Shown here: positions 1 through 8,118 of the stretch, one piece after another
How positions within the stretch are numbered: position 1 is the first letter of the stretch
How the letters are laid out: the number at the start of each line of letters is the position of its first letter
Assembly: GCA_964613815.1 (NCBI GenBank)
Contig: CAZTKG010000001.1
Location: forward strand, 8,895 to 72,894
DNA from: an uncultured Gammaproteobacteria bacterium
GTDB lineage: Bacteria; Patescibacteriota; Patescibacteriia; UBA9934
DNA length: 64,000 nt
Direction of reading: 5' to 3'
The notes under the pieces: model-generated
What the model was told of the DNA's origin: nothing
The model's input: the letters and a program-made list of their open reading frames with translations, nothing else
Databases searched by the model: none
Translations under genes and position numbers: made by a program

Positions 1-468
1 ATTGCCCACAATATTCGCAGTCTCTATAACGTTGGTTCCATTTTTCGGAATGCGGCGGGGTTTGGGGTTTTTAAATTGTATTTGACGGGGTATACGGGGG
101 TGCCGCCTCGGAAGGAGATTTCTAAGGTTGCGCTTGGGGCGGAGCGGTTTCAGGATTGGGAAGAGGGGGAGGTTTTTGGGGTTATTGATCGGCTTAAGAA
201 GGAGGGGTATCGGGTGGTTGGGCTTGAGCAGGGGGAAGGAGCGGTTGATTTGGATGGGTTTGAGGTTGGGGATGGGAAGGTTGCGGTTGTGCTTGGGAAT
301 GAGGTTGAGGGGATCGATGAGGGGGTGATTGAAGTGCTTGATGGACTTGTGGAGATTGGGATGGACAAGAAGAAGAGTTTGAATGTGGCGGTTGCTAGTG
401 GGGTGATGATGCATGTTTTGATGGGGAAAATTCGACGAAAAAGTCATGCGGCATATGGTACAATGTAG
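1..468 (+). CDS. SpoU/TrmH-family RNA 2'-O-methyltransferase, 5'-partial (continues upstream of window)
   Basis: Frame 1 is open from nt 1 (IAHNIRSLYNVGSIFRNAAGFGV = SpoU motif I region). Downstream motif SLNVAVASGV near the C-terminus. ORF track 76..468 is the same frame. Confidence 0.7.
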   Translation: MAHNIRSLYNVGSIFRNAAGFGVFKLYLTGYTGVPPRKEISKVALGAERFQDWEEGEVFGVIDRLKKEGYRVVGLEQGEGAVDLDGFEVGDGKVAVVLGNEVEGIDEGVIEVLDGLVEIGMDKKKSLNVAVASGVMMHVLMGKIRRKSHAAYGTM

Positions 469-472
469 GCAC

Positions 473-1240
473 ATGCATTCTGTTTCGATTGTGATTCCTG
501 TGAAGGATGAGGCTGATTGTTTGCCTCGGTTGCTTGATTGCATTTCGCGTCAGACGTTGCAGCCTGTTGAGGTGATTGTGGCGGATGCGGGGTCTAGCGA
601 TGAGACACGGGCGATTGCTCGTGCTCATGGGGCTACGGTTGTTGAAGGGGGATTACCTGGTGTTGGACGGAATCGTGGAGCTGTGGCGGCGCGCGGGGAA
701 TGGATTTTGTTTCTCGACGCGGATGTGGAGCTTCATAGTGAGCAATTGCTTGAGAATGCGATGAGTGAACTTTGCAGGCGGAATATTGATTGTGCGACGG
801 CTGATGTGGTGCCGCTTGATGCGACGCGATATGACGTTGGATCGCACAAGTTTTATAACCGATATGTTCGGTTTATTGAGCGCGGGTTTCCGCATGCGCC
901 TGGGTTCTTTATTTTTGTGAAGCGAGAATTTCACGACCGTGTTGGAGGGTTTGATGAGTCGATCGTGTTTTGCGAGGACCATGTGTATGTTGATCGCGTT
1001 GGTCGGCTTGGGACGTTTCGGTTTTTGAATGATGTGGTGGTGCATGCGTCTACACGGCGACAGCGGAAGGACGGACGGTTTTGGATGGGGGTGAAATTTA
1101 TTCTTGCGGAATTGCATTTGTGGACTATTGGACCGATTCGGCATCGCGGATTTAGATACGAGTTTGGTCATCAGAAAGATTTAGATATTAATGTGAATTA
1201 TGGGGGAGCGGAATCAGCTGTTCGATCAGCAGAACGTTAA
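473..1240 (+). CDS. family 2 glycosyltransferase
   Basis: VSIVIPVKDEA...VEVIVADAGSSDET...LFLDADV: classic GT2 N-terminal DxD architecture. Start chosen at MHSVSIV within ORF 446..1240. Confidence 0.75.
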   Translation: MHSVSIVIPVKDEADCLPRLLDCISRQTLQPVEVIVADAGSSDETRAIARAHGATVVEGGLPGVGRNRGAVAARGEWILFLDADVELHSEQLLENAMSELCRRNIDCATADVVPLDATRYDVGSHKFYNRYVRFIERGFPHAPGFFIFVKREFHDRVGGFDESIVFCEDHVYVDRVGRLGTFRFLNDVVVHASTRRQRKDGRFWMGVKFILAELHLWTIGPIRHRGFRYEFGHQKDLDINVNYGGAESAVRSAER

Positions 1241-1880
1241 ACATCAGGAGGTATTGGATCGTCTGGTGCGCGAGGCGTCGCCAAGGCGGACGTTTTTGAT
1301 GCTGATGATTATTTCGAGTTTGATTGCGGTTCTTGGTTTGTTGCATGAAAATACGGCGGTGGTGATTGGGGCGATGCTTGTTGCGCCGATGTTGTGGCCT
1401 ATTTTGGGAATTAGCATGTCGTTTGTGGTTCGGGATTGGCGGATGCTTCGACTTTCTATAGTGAGTATTGTCATGGGGGTGGCGCTCGCGCTCGCGACGT
1501 CTATTACGGTGACACTTTTTTATGTTCCGCTTGGGTCTGAACTTGAGGTTGTGCGTGACATGCCGTTTTTGGTGTCAGCACTTGTTGCTGTAGGTGCTGG
1601 TGCTGCTGCGGCGTTTGCGCTTTGTTTTGAGCATATTAAAGAAGCGGTTACTGGGGTTGCGATTAGTGTTGCGCTTGTTCCACCGCTTGCTGCTATCGGT
1701 ATTGGGCTAGGTGGGACGGATTGGGACTTGATGAGCATTTCTGTTAAGGCGCTTGTGGTGAATTTGGTTGGGATCATTTTGGTGTCGATGGTGATTTTTA
1801 TGATGCTTGGGTTTGGGAGGCATCGCCGTGAGGCGATGAATGCGTCGAAAAAAGAAGAAAAGGTTTTGAGCAAGAATTAG
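1200..1880 (+). CDS. polytopic membrane protein, DUF389/TIGR00341-like
   Basis: Multiple hydrophobic segments (AVVIGAMLVAPMLWPILG, GVAISVALVPPLAAIGIGLG). The start is uncertain because the ORF overlaps the GT2 stop; an internal start at about 1299 is possible. Confidence 0.5.
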   Translation: MGERNQLFDQQNVKHQEVLDRLVREASPRRTFLMLMIISSLIAVLGLLHENTAVVIGAMLVAPMLWPILGISMSFVVRDWRMLRLSIVSIVMGVALALATSITVTLFYVPLGSELEVVRDMPFLVSALVAVGAGAAAAFALCFEHIKEAVTGVAISVALVPPLAAIGIGLGGTDWDLMSISVKALVVNLVGIILVSMVIFMMLGFGRHRREAMNASKKEEKVLSKN

Positions 1881-1881
1881 C

Positions 1882-2790
1882 ATGCATAAGCAAATAAAAG
1901 GAAAGAAGTTTACTTGGTGGCATTTTTCTTCGCTTGAGGAGGCGGATTTTGGGGTTTTGGAAAAAGAGTTTAAATTTCATCCGCTTGATTTTGATGATTT
2001 GCGTGACGAAACAGAGATTCCAAAGTCGGATGTTTATAAATATTACGTGTTTAGCGTTTTTGCGGTTCCGAAGATTTCGGATGAGCTTTCACTTGTGAGA
2101 CGAAGTAATTTAGCGGTGTTTGTCGGTAAAGACTACGTGGTTACGGCAACGCGGAAGCCGATCGATACGGTTGATCGATTTTTTGCACGTGCTGGACGTA
2201 GTTCGGGGCTGAAAAGAGATGCACTTGGTCATTCTCCCGGATATTTTGTGTATAAACTTTTAGATTATGTTTTTCGAGATGCGAAAGTTGTTCTTCGGGA
2301 ATTGGTCCGAGAAACAGAGCAAATTGAGAGCGAGCTCTATGTTGCTCATACGAAGACGACGACAAAGCGACTTGGGATTTTGCGACGAAACGTGTTGTAT
2401 CTTCGGCATATCATTGAACCGCAGCGAATGTTGTTAGAGCATTACGTGCATAGCAAAAAGGCGTTTATTCCAAAATCGACGGAGATGTATTTTGATGACA
2501 TTCGAGATACGCTTGATGGGATTTCGCTTGTGACGGAAAATTTGAAAAGCATCGTTGATGGGCTTTTTGATGTGAATGAGGCGTTTCTTTCGCATAAGAC
2601 GAATCAGATTATTCGTATTTTGACGATTATTTCTGTTATTTTTATGCCGCCGATGCTCATTTCTAGTTATTATGGGATGAATGTGTCTGGATTGCCGTTT
2701 AAAGACAATTTGCCGCTTCTGACGGTGATTATATTGCTTTCGTTTGGGTCTTTTTTGTGGTTTGTGATAAAGCTGGATCGAAGAAATTGA
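1882..2790 (+). CDS. corA: CorA-family Mg2+/Co2+ transporter
   Basis: C-terminal two TM helices with the YGMNV (GMN) signature, plus a long acidic cytoplasmic N-domain. Confidence 0.8.
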   Translation: MHKQIKGKKFTWWHFSSLEEADFGVLEKEFKFHPLDFDDLRDETEIPKSDVYKYYVFSVFAVPKISDELSLVRRSNLAVFVGKDYVVTATRKPIDTVDRFFARAGRSSGLKRDALGHSPGYFVYKLLDYVFRDAKVVLRELVRETEQIESELYVAHTKTTTKRLGILRRNVLYLRHIIEPQRMLLEHYVHSKKAFIPKSTEMYFDDIRDTLDGISLVTENLKSIVDGLFDVNEAFLSHKTNQIIRILTIISVIFMPPMLISSYYGMNVSGLPFKDNLPLLTVIILLSFGSFLWFVIKLDRRN

Positions 2791-2794
2791 TTTT

Positions 2795-3361
2795 ATGGCA
2801 CGTCCAATCCCTGTTGACATTATCCCATCGCATGTGTATTTGAGTGTAGAAGATCAGTCTGTTTTGTTTGGGTCGGGTCACCCGATGACCGTAGGGGGAG
2901 AGCTTTCTCAGCCTGGCCAGCTTTATTATGAAGAAACTGTTGAAGTGTTTGGTAGATTGAAACGTGGATTAATATTGCGTGTTCTTGGGCCAAATTGGGC
3001 TCGAAGTATTGTTGAGGTTACTCCTACGGAAGCAGCTTATCTTGGAATCAGTGCGAAAGAATTGAAAACTGGGGAGGAGGGTGTGAAGTGTCGATTGGTG
3101 GGTCCTGCGGGAGAGGTGGTTCTTGATGAGGGGATTAGTGTTCCGAAGCCGCATGTGCTTTGCAGTGCGGATGAAGCAAGGGCACATCATTTACAAAATG
3201 GTTCTGAGGTAGCGGTGATGATTTCGGGAGATCGAATGCAACGAATTGAGGAGGTGGTTGTACGCGTTCATCCAATGTTTCGATGGAGATTAGAAATTCA
3301 TCAAGATTATGCACGAGATCTCTGGCTAACTCGGCCAACTCATGCAAGAATACAAGTATAG
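2795..3361 (+). CDS. PduL/EutD-like phosphate acyltransferase (two-repeat PTAC fold)
   Basis: RPIPVDIIPSHVYLS...LSQPGQ...VLGP in repeat 1 and KPHVLCSADEA...ISGDRMQ in repeat 2 align with PduL repeats. His motifs are partly substituted. Confidence 0.55.
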   Translation: MARPIPVDIIPSHVYLSVEDQSVLFGSGHPMTVGGELSQPGQLYYEETVEVFGRLKRGLILRVLGPNWARSIVEVTPTEAAYLGISAKELKTGEEGVKCRLVGPAGEVVLDEGISVPKPHVLCSADEARAHHLQNGSEVAVMISGDRMQRIEEVVVRVHPMFRWRLEIHQDYARDLWLTRPTHARIQV

Positions 3362-3374
3362 TTAGCAAGGATAT

Positions 3375-4706
3375 ATGAAACGTTTATTTTTTACATTTTT
3401 GTTCGGACTGCTTATCTTGCCTGGTAGTGCATTTGCAGACAATCCGGATATTGGGATTTATTCTAAGGATGTTCGATTCTCGGAAGAGGTTTTGGTTTCT
3501 GGATATGAGACTCGGATTTATTTCAAGTTGCGTAATGAGGGGGATGTTGATGCGATTGGGTACGTGTTTGTGTATCAAGGCACTGAAGTCGTTGGGGCAA
3601 GCCAGGTCGTAACGCTTGTTTCCGGTGGGCAGGAAGAGGAGGTTTGGGTCGATTTTACGGTTCCGAATGGCTCGTTCAATATTCGTGCAGAAATTCGTGG
3701 GCAGGACCCGGCAGATGTCAATCCAGATAATGATGTCGCGATTACTTCACTTTTTTATCCTATTTCTGATGATGATGGAGATGGGGTCGCTGATGATGAT
3801 GATAATTGTCCGGATGTCTCGAATGCTGATCAATTGGATACTGACGGAGATGGTTCGGGCGATGCATGTGATGACGATGATGATAATGATGGGTTGAGTG
3901 ATGATGTTGAGGATGAGTTAGGGACTGATCCGGCGAATTCTGATAGCGATGGAGATGGGGTTAGTGATTTGAGCGATGCGTATCCTACGGATGGGACTCG
4001 GAGTGAAGAGGAGGTTGTCGTTGAGGTTGAGGAGCCTACAGTCGCAGAGGTGATAGAGACGATTGTGGAGGATGTTGTCGTTGAGACGCCGACTATTGAA
4101 GGGATAGATGATTCGATTGTTGATCAGATTAGTAAACTTTGGGATTGGGATGGAGATGGAGAAGAGGGGGTTGATTCTGAAGATGATGAAGACGTTTCTG
4201 CTGTTTCCTTAGAGGAAGGAGATAGTGGTTTGCATATTTCTCCGAATGCGTCGTTTGCATTTGTGCATGAAGATTGGAAGACGTATCGATTTTATTCGCT
4301 TGCGCCTGAGGGGATGGAGATTACTGTTGATTGGGATTTTGGAGATGATGTTATTTCGAGTCAGCGGGAAGTGAGTCATACGTTTAGGAAGCCTGGAACG
4401 TACCTTGTGACGCATCGTGTGACTAATGATGCAGGAGATGTTTCTTATGATTCTCAGGAAATTGAGATTTCTCGGTTTCATTTAGATAATCCTTATATTA
4501 AGCTCTCTGTTGTTGGACTTGGGATTCTTGCCTTTTTAGCGCTTCTTCTAGCGGCGCGTCGGGATGATAAGTCCGACGAAGAGGAGGACTTAGAAGAATT
4601 TTTATCCAAGAAGAATTCGGTGCGTAAGAGTTCGGTAAGAAAGACGGTTAAAAAGGTTGCCGGAAAAAAGAAGGGATCGGTACGTAAGAGTTCAAAGAAA
4701 AAATAG
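3375..4706 (+). CDS. cell-surface protein: signal peptide, CARDB-like domain, thrombospondin type-3 Ca-binding repeats, PKD domain, C-terminal TM anchor and Lys-rich tail
   Basis: N-terminal signal peptide [21 protein letters not shown]. DxDxDGxxDxxD repeats ([35 protein letters not shown]). WDFGDD...[14 protein letters not shown] is PKD-like. A hydrophobic helix and a K-rich tail follow. Confidence 0.7.
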   Translation: MKRLFFTFLFGLLILPGSAFADNPDIGIYSKDVRFSEEVLVSGYETRIYFKLRNEGDVDAIGYVFVYQGTEVVGASQVVTLVSGGQEEEVWVDFTVPNGSFNIRAEIRGQDPADVNPDNDVAITSLFYPISDDDGDGVADDDDNCPDVSNADQLDTDGDGSGDACDDDDDNDGLSDDVEDELGTDPANSDSDGDGVSDLSDAYPTDGTRSEEEVVVEVEEPTVAEVIETIVEDVVVETPTIEGIDDSIVDQISKLWDWDGDGEEGVDSEDDEDVSAVSLEEGDSGLHISPNASFAFVHEDWKTYRFYSLAPEGMEITVDWDFGDDVISSQREVSHTFRKPGTYLVTHRVTNDAGDVSYDSQEIEISRFHLDNPYIKLSVVGLGILAFLALLLAARRDDKSDEEEDLEEFLSKKNSVRKSSVRKTVKKVAGKKKGSVRKSSKKK

Positions 4707-4714
4707 CGAGGAGC

Positions 4715-6319
4715 ATGTTTAAGAGGTTCTTTAAAAAAGCTTCTTATTCGATTACGAGCGCGGCATTTATTGTCGCGTCGTTTTCGTTGATTTCGCGATT
4801 TTTTGGATTTATTCGGGATCGTATTTTGGCAGGGGAGTTTGGGGCTAGTGACAGTCTTGATATTTATTTCGCGGCGTTTCGGGCTCCCGATTTGCTTTTT
4901 CAGCTCGTTGTTGTTGGGGGGATTTCTGCGAGTTTTATCCCGATTTTTAACCGGCTTGTGGTTAAGAAGAAGGGAGCAGAGTGGGCGTTTGTGAATCGTG
5001 CGTTGCATTTGATTTTGTGTTTGTTTGGGGTACTTGCGATTGTTGCGGCGGTGTTTGCGTTTGAACTTGCTGGGCTTGTGGCTCCTGGGTTTGATGCGGC
5101 GAAGCAGATGCAGGTGGCGGAGTTGATGCGGGTGATGTTTGTGGCGCAGTTTTTGCTTGCGGCGTCGATGGTGTTTGGGTCAGTGCTTCAAGGGATGAAG
5201 CGGTTTATGGTGTATTCGGTGGCGCCGATTTTGTACAACATGGGGATTATATTTGGGATTTTGGTGTTTTATCCTCGGTTTGGATTGGTTGGTCTTGCTT
5301 GGGGGGTGGTGTTTGGCGCGGGGCTTCATTTGTTGATGCAGGCGTTTGGAGCTTGGAATTTGGGGTACCGGTGGCGTCCGTCTGTGAAGCTTGATAAGGA
5401 TGTGAAGTTGATGATGAAGCAGAGTGTGCCGCGGGTTTTGGGGCTTGTGGTGAATCAGGTGAATTTTTTGGCGATGACGATTATTGCGTCGCTTTTGGTG
5501 GCAGGGTCGGTGACGGTGGTGCAGTTTGCGTATAATTTGAACTTTTTTGCGATTGGGATTATTGCGGTGAGTTATGCAGTGGCGGCGTTTCCGGCGTTTT
5601 GTGAATATGTGAATAAGAAGGAGATGGGGAAGCTTCGAAGTGGAATTTCTAGTACGGTGCGACAGACGTTGTTTTTTATCGTGCCGGCGACGGCGTTGTT
5701 TTTGATATTGCGGGCGCAGATTGTGCGTATTGTGTTTGGGGCTGGAGAGTTTGATTGGATTTCGACGGTTTTGACGGCTAATACGCTTGGGATATTTGCG
5801 CTTAGTTTTTTCGCGCAGGCGCTTGTGTATATTTTTGTGCGGGCGTTTTTTGCCATGCATGACACATGGACGCCGTTTGTGGTTGGGCTCATTGCGGCTG
5901 GGGTGAATGTTGGGGTGGCGATGATGCTTGTGGGTGAATATGGCGTGCTTGGGCTTGCGATGGGATTTTCTGTAGCGGCGGTGGTGCAGATGGGATTGCT
6001 TTGGATATTGCTTCGGCGGAAGGCTGGGGAGCTTGATGGGTGGCGGATTGCCTGGTCGTTTTTGATTATGCTTGGAGCTGGTGGGGCGTGCGCGGTGGTT
6101 GCTCAGTATGTGAAGACGGCGTATGGGACGTATGTGGATTTGGATACGTTTGTGGCGGTGCTTGGGCAGTTTGGGGTTGCGGCGGCGCTTGGTGGGGTGA
6201 CGTATTTAGTTGTGGCTGGATTGTTGCGGAGTGAGGAGCTTGGGGTGTTTATGGCTGGGGTGCGGAAGAAATTGCTTAGAAAGGTGAAGCCGGAGGAGGC
6301 TGTGGTGGATTTGGCGTGA
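4715..6319 (+). CDS. murJ: lipid II flippase MurJ (MviN family)
   Basis: N-terminal SRFFGFIRDRILAGEFGASDSLDIYFAAFRAPDLLFQL is the conserved MurJ start. About 14 predicted TM segments over 534 aa. Confidence 0.8.
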   Translation: MFKRFFKKASYSITSAAFIVASFSLISRFFGFIRDRILAGEFGASDSLDIYFAAFRAPDLLFQLVVVGGISASFIPIFNRLVVKKKGAEWAFVNRALHLILCLFGVLAIVAAVFAFELAGLVAPGFDAAKQMQVAELMRVMFVAQFLLAASMVFGSVLQGMKRFMVYSVAPILYNMGIIFGILVFYPRFGLVGLAWGVVFGAGLHLLMQAFGAWNLGYRWRPSVKLDKDVKLMMKQSVPRVLGLVVNQVNFLAMTIIASLLVAGSVTVVQFAYNLNFFAIGIIAVSYAVAAFPAFCEYVNKKEMGKLRSGISSTVRQTLFFIVPATALFLILRAQIVRIVFGAGEFDWISTVLTANTLGIFALSFFAQALVYIFVRAFFAMHDTWTPFVVGLIAAGVNVGVAMMLVGEYGVLGLAMGFSVAAVVQMGLLWILLRRKAGELDGWRIAWSFLIMLGAGGACAVVAQYVKTAYGTYVDLDTFVAVLGQFGVAAALGGVTYLVVAGLLRSEELGVFMAGVRKKLLRKVKPEEAVVDLA

Positions 6320-6338
6320 TGGAGTTGTGAGGCTTCTT

Positions 6339-6450
6339 CCCATCCTGAGGAGGGGGGATTTCGCCCCCGACGGAAGGATCTCACGGCAGGGCTGTGCCGC
6401 GCGGAGAGGGATCCTTCCGTCCGTCGGCTACGCTCCCTCCTCAGGATGGG
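6339..6450. repeat. about 110 bp nested palindrome (CCCATCCTGAGGAGG...GACGGAAGGATC...GATCCTTCCGTC...CCTCCTCAGGATGGG), left copy
   Basis: The outer 15 bp arms are perfect inverted repeats and the inner 12 bp arms are also inverted repeats. It sits immediately after the murJ stop. Confidence 0.7.
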
Positions 6451-6508
6451 AGATTAGAAGATATACGCTTTTTATATGGGAGGTGATGGCGTTATTGGGG
6501 TTTATATT

Positions 6509-6775
6509 ATGAGCAACCGGCGGAATACGGTTGTTTATGTTGGGTGCACTCATGACTTGATTCGGCGAGTTTATGAGCATCGTTTAAAGGCGGTAGATGG
6601 GTTTACGAAGAAATATAATTTGACGAAATTGGTTTATTATAAGCCTTTTGGTTGTCATGATTATGCGCGGGAATGGGAAATTGAGTTGAAGAAGTGGCGG
6701 AGAGCGAAGAAGGATAAGTTGATAGAAGAGGAGAATCCGACTTGGAGGGATTTGTGGGATGAGATTGTTGAGTGA
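6509..6775 (+). CDS. GIY-YIG nuclease family protein
   Basis: MSNRRNTVVYVGCTHDLIRRVYEHR...YYKPF...EWEIELKKW: canonical GIY-YIG motif layout. An upstream in-frame ATG at 6476 is possible. Confidence 0.8.
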   Translation: MSNRRNTVVYVGCTHDLIRRVYEHRLKAVDGFTKKYNLTKLVYYKPFGCHDYAREWEIELKKWRRAKKDKLIEEENPTWRDLWDEIVE

Positions 6776-6794
6776 TGTGCGATGTCTTCTGTAG

Positions 6795-6906
6795 CCATCC
6801 TGAGGAGGGAGCATCAGCGATGGACGGAAGGATCTTGTGTTGTGGTGGTGCTGCGCGGGATGGGATCCTTCCGTTCGTCGGCTACGCTCTCCTCTGCTCA
6901 GGATGG
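6795..6906. repeat. about 110 bp nested palindrome, right copy (same orientation as the left copy)
   Basis: CCATCCTGAGGAGG...GACGGAAGGATC...GGATCCTTCCGT...GTCGGCTACGC...CTCAGGATGG. It shares the asymmetric GTCGGCTACGC segment with the left copy, so the two are direct repeats. Confidence 0.7.
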
Positions 6907-6949
6907 CTGCTAGGGTTTTGGATAAAAAATAAGCGCTCGAGATGAGTGC

Positions 6950-7561
6950 TTAGATGCGTGGCGGTGCCATGAGGTTCACTGCGGCGTGTTGTGGGATGCG
7001 GGTTCCGTCGATGATGATTCGTGCGCGTGGGTTGGCTTCACGGATGGAAGGGATGCATTTTGGGCAGACGGGGGTTTCTGATCTGGGGCCGTCGGTTTGG
7101 ATCAGGAATGCGGTGTTGATGGTGAGGATGTTGAAGCATTCTTCCATGACGCATTCTCCTCCGCTGGTTTTGATGAGGCGCGCGAATTCGATGATGGCGT
7201 CGATTGATGTTTGTCCCTGCAGTACCATGGGTCGCGCGGGTGGTGTCGGCTTTCCTGCGAATGCACTTCGTGCACTGAGCGGATTGTGTGGCTTGAGCGA
7301 GGAGACGCCTTCTACGTGGATCAGTCCGTCTCTGAGGATGAGTTGACCCCAGTGTGTTCGGCGGTTTCCGGGGAGGTGATCCAGAAGTCTTGGGTGGATG
7401 TATATTTGTCCGTCACGGTCAGTGATGCATGCGCCGGGTGCGATGAGTCCGCCGGTTGAAAAGTGGCGGACTGGGCCGATGATTGGTGATTTGCGACCTT
7501 CGAAAACTTCGCGGGTGAGGGGGTGAAGGAGCTGGGTGAGTGAAATGACGACTCTTGACAT
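6950..7561 (-). CDS. hypothetical protein (204 aa) with ECVMEE ... PVCPKC cysteine motifs
   Basis: Start at MSRVV with GGAGG 5 nt upstream on the - strand; the longer ORF 6950..7750 is rejected. Not confidently assignable; a faint deaminase-like C..E/PxCxxC pattern. Confidence 0.5.
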   Translation of the reverse strand: MSRVVISLTQLLHPLTREVFEGRKSPIIGPVRHFSTGGLIAPGACITDRDGQIYIHPRLLDHLPGNRRTHWGQLILRDGLIHVEGVSSLKPHNPLSARSAFAGKPTPPARPMVLQGQTSIDAIIEFARLIKTSGGECVMEECFNILTINTAFLIQTDGPRSETPVCPKCIPSIREANPRARIIIDGTRIPQHAAVNLMAPPRI

Positions 7562-7608
7562 GGATGCCTCCTGTGGCGTGGTGATTAGACTTGTTTTTGA
7601 TTTACTTG

Positions 7609-8115
7609 TCAATGATGATTTTCGTGGCGAGTGCTTTGGTCCCACCAATCGGTTGCGTAGGGATTTTTTGAGGTTGATTTTTGGATCATTTTTGTCATGT
7701 AGGGGATGATGTTTTTTTCGTTTGGGGTGAGCCAGGCCAGCTTTGAGCATTTATGTGGTTCTGCGTTTTTGATTTCGCCTGTGTACGTGTTGCATGAAAA
7801 GAGAAAATCTATTCTATGAAAGTCTTCAGCGTTTCTATCTGTAACTGATAGGAATGTGAGGTCGCTTTGTTTGATGGTGATATCGATTTCTTCTTTTGCT
7901 TCACGGATCATTCCTTGGATGATTGGTTCACCGTACTCAACATGTCCTGATGGTAGGCCGAATAATCCGTCCATGAATCCGGTGTTTTGACGTTTTAGGA
8001 AGAGGTATTTTCCGTCTTGTTCGAGAAGAAGGTAGACGGCAGCGACGAGTTGGTGTCGGTTTTTTGCATAGGGAATGTCGTTGCTTTTGCGGGTGTTTTC
8101 TAATACACTCTTCAT
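7609..8115 (-). CDS. NUDIX hydrolase
   Basis: Nudix box GHVEYGEPIIQGMIREAKEEIDI (GX5EX7REUXEEXGU). Start at MKSVLE; the ORF extension to 8358 overlaps alaS and is rejected. Confidence 0.75.
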   Translation of the reverse strand: MKSVLENTRKSNDIPYAKNRHQLVAAVYLLLEQDGKYLFLKRQNTGFMDGLFGLPSGHVEYGEPIIQGMIREAKEEIDITIKQSDLTFLSVTDRNAEDFHRIDFLFSCNTYTGEIKNAEPHKCSKLAWLTPNEKNIIPYMTKMIQKSTSKNPYATDWWDQSTRHENHH

Positions 8116-8118
8116 TGT

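Larger units (their letters stand above)
6339..6906 (+). mobile_element. putative small mobile cassette: GIY-YIG gene bracketed by two direct copies of a structured palindromic repeat
   Basis: Arrangement seen directly in the sequence. There is no target-site duplication I could define. Confidence 0.45.
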
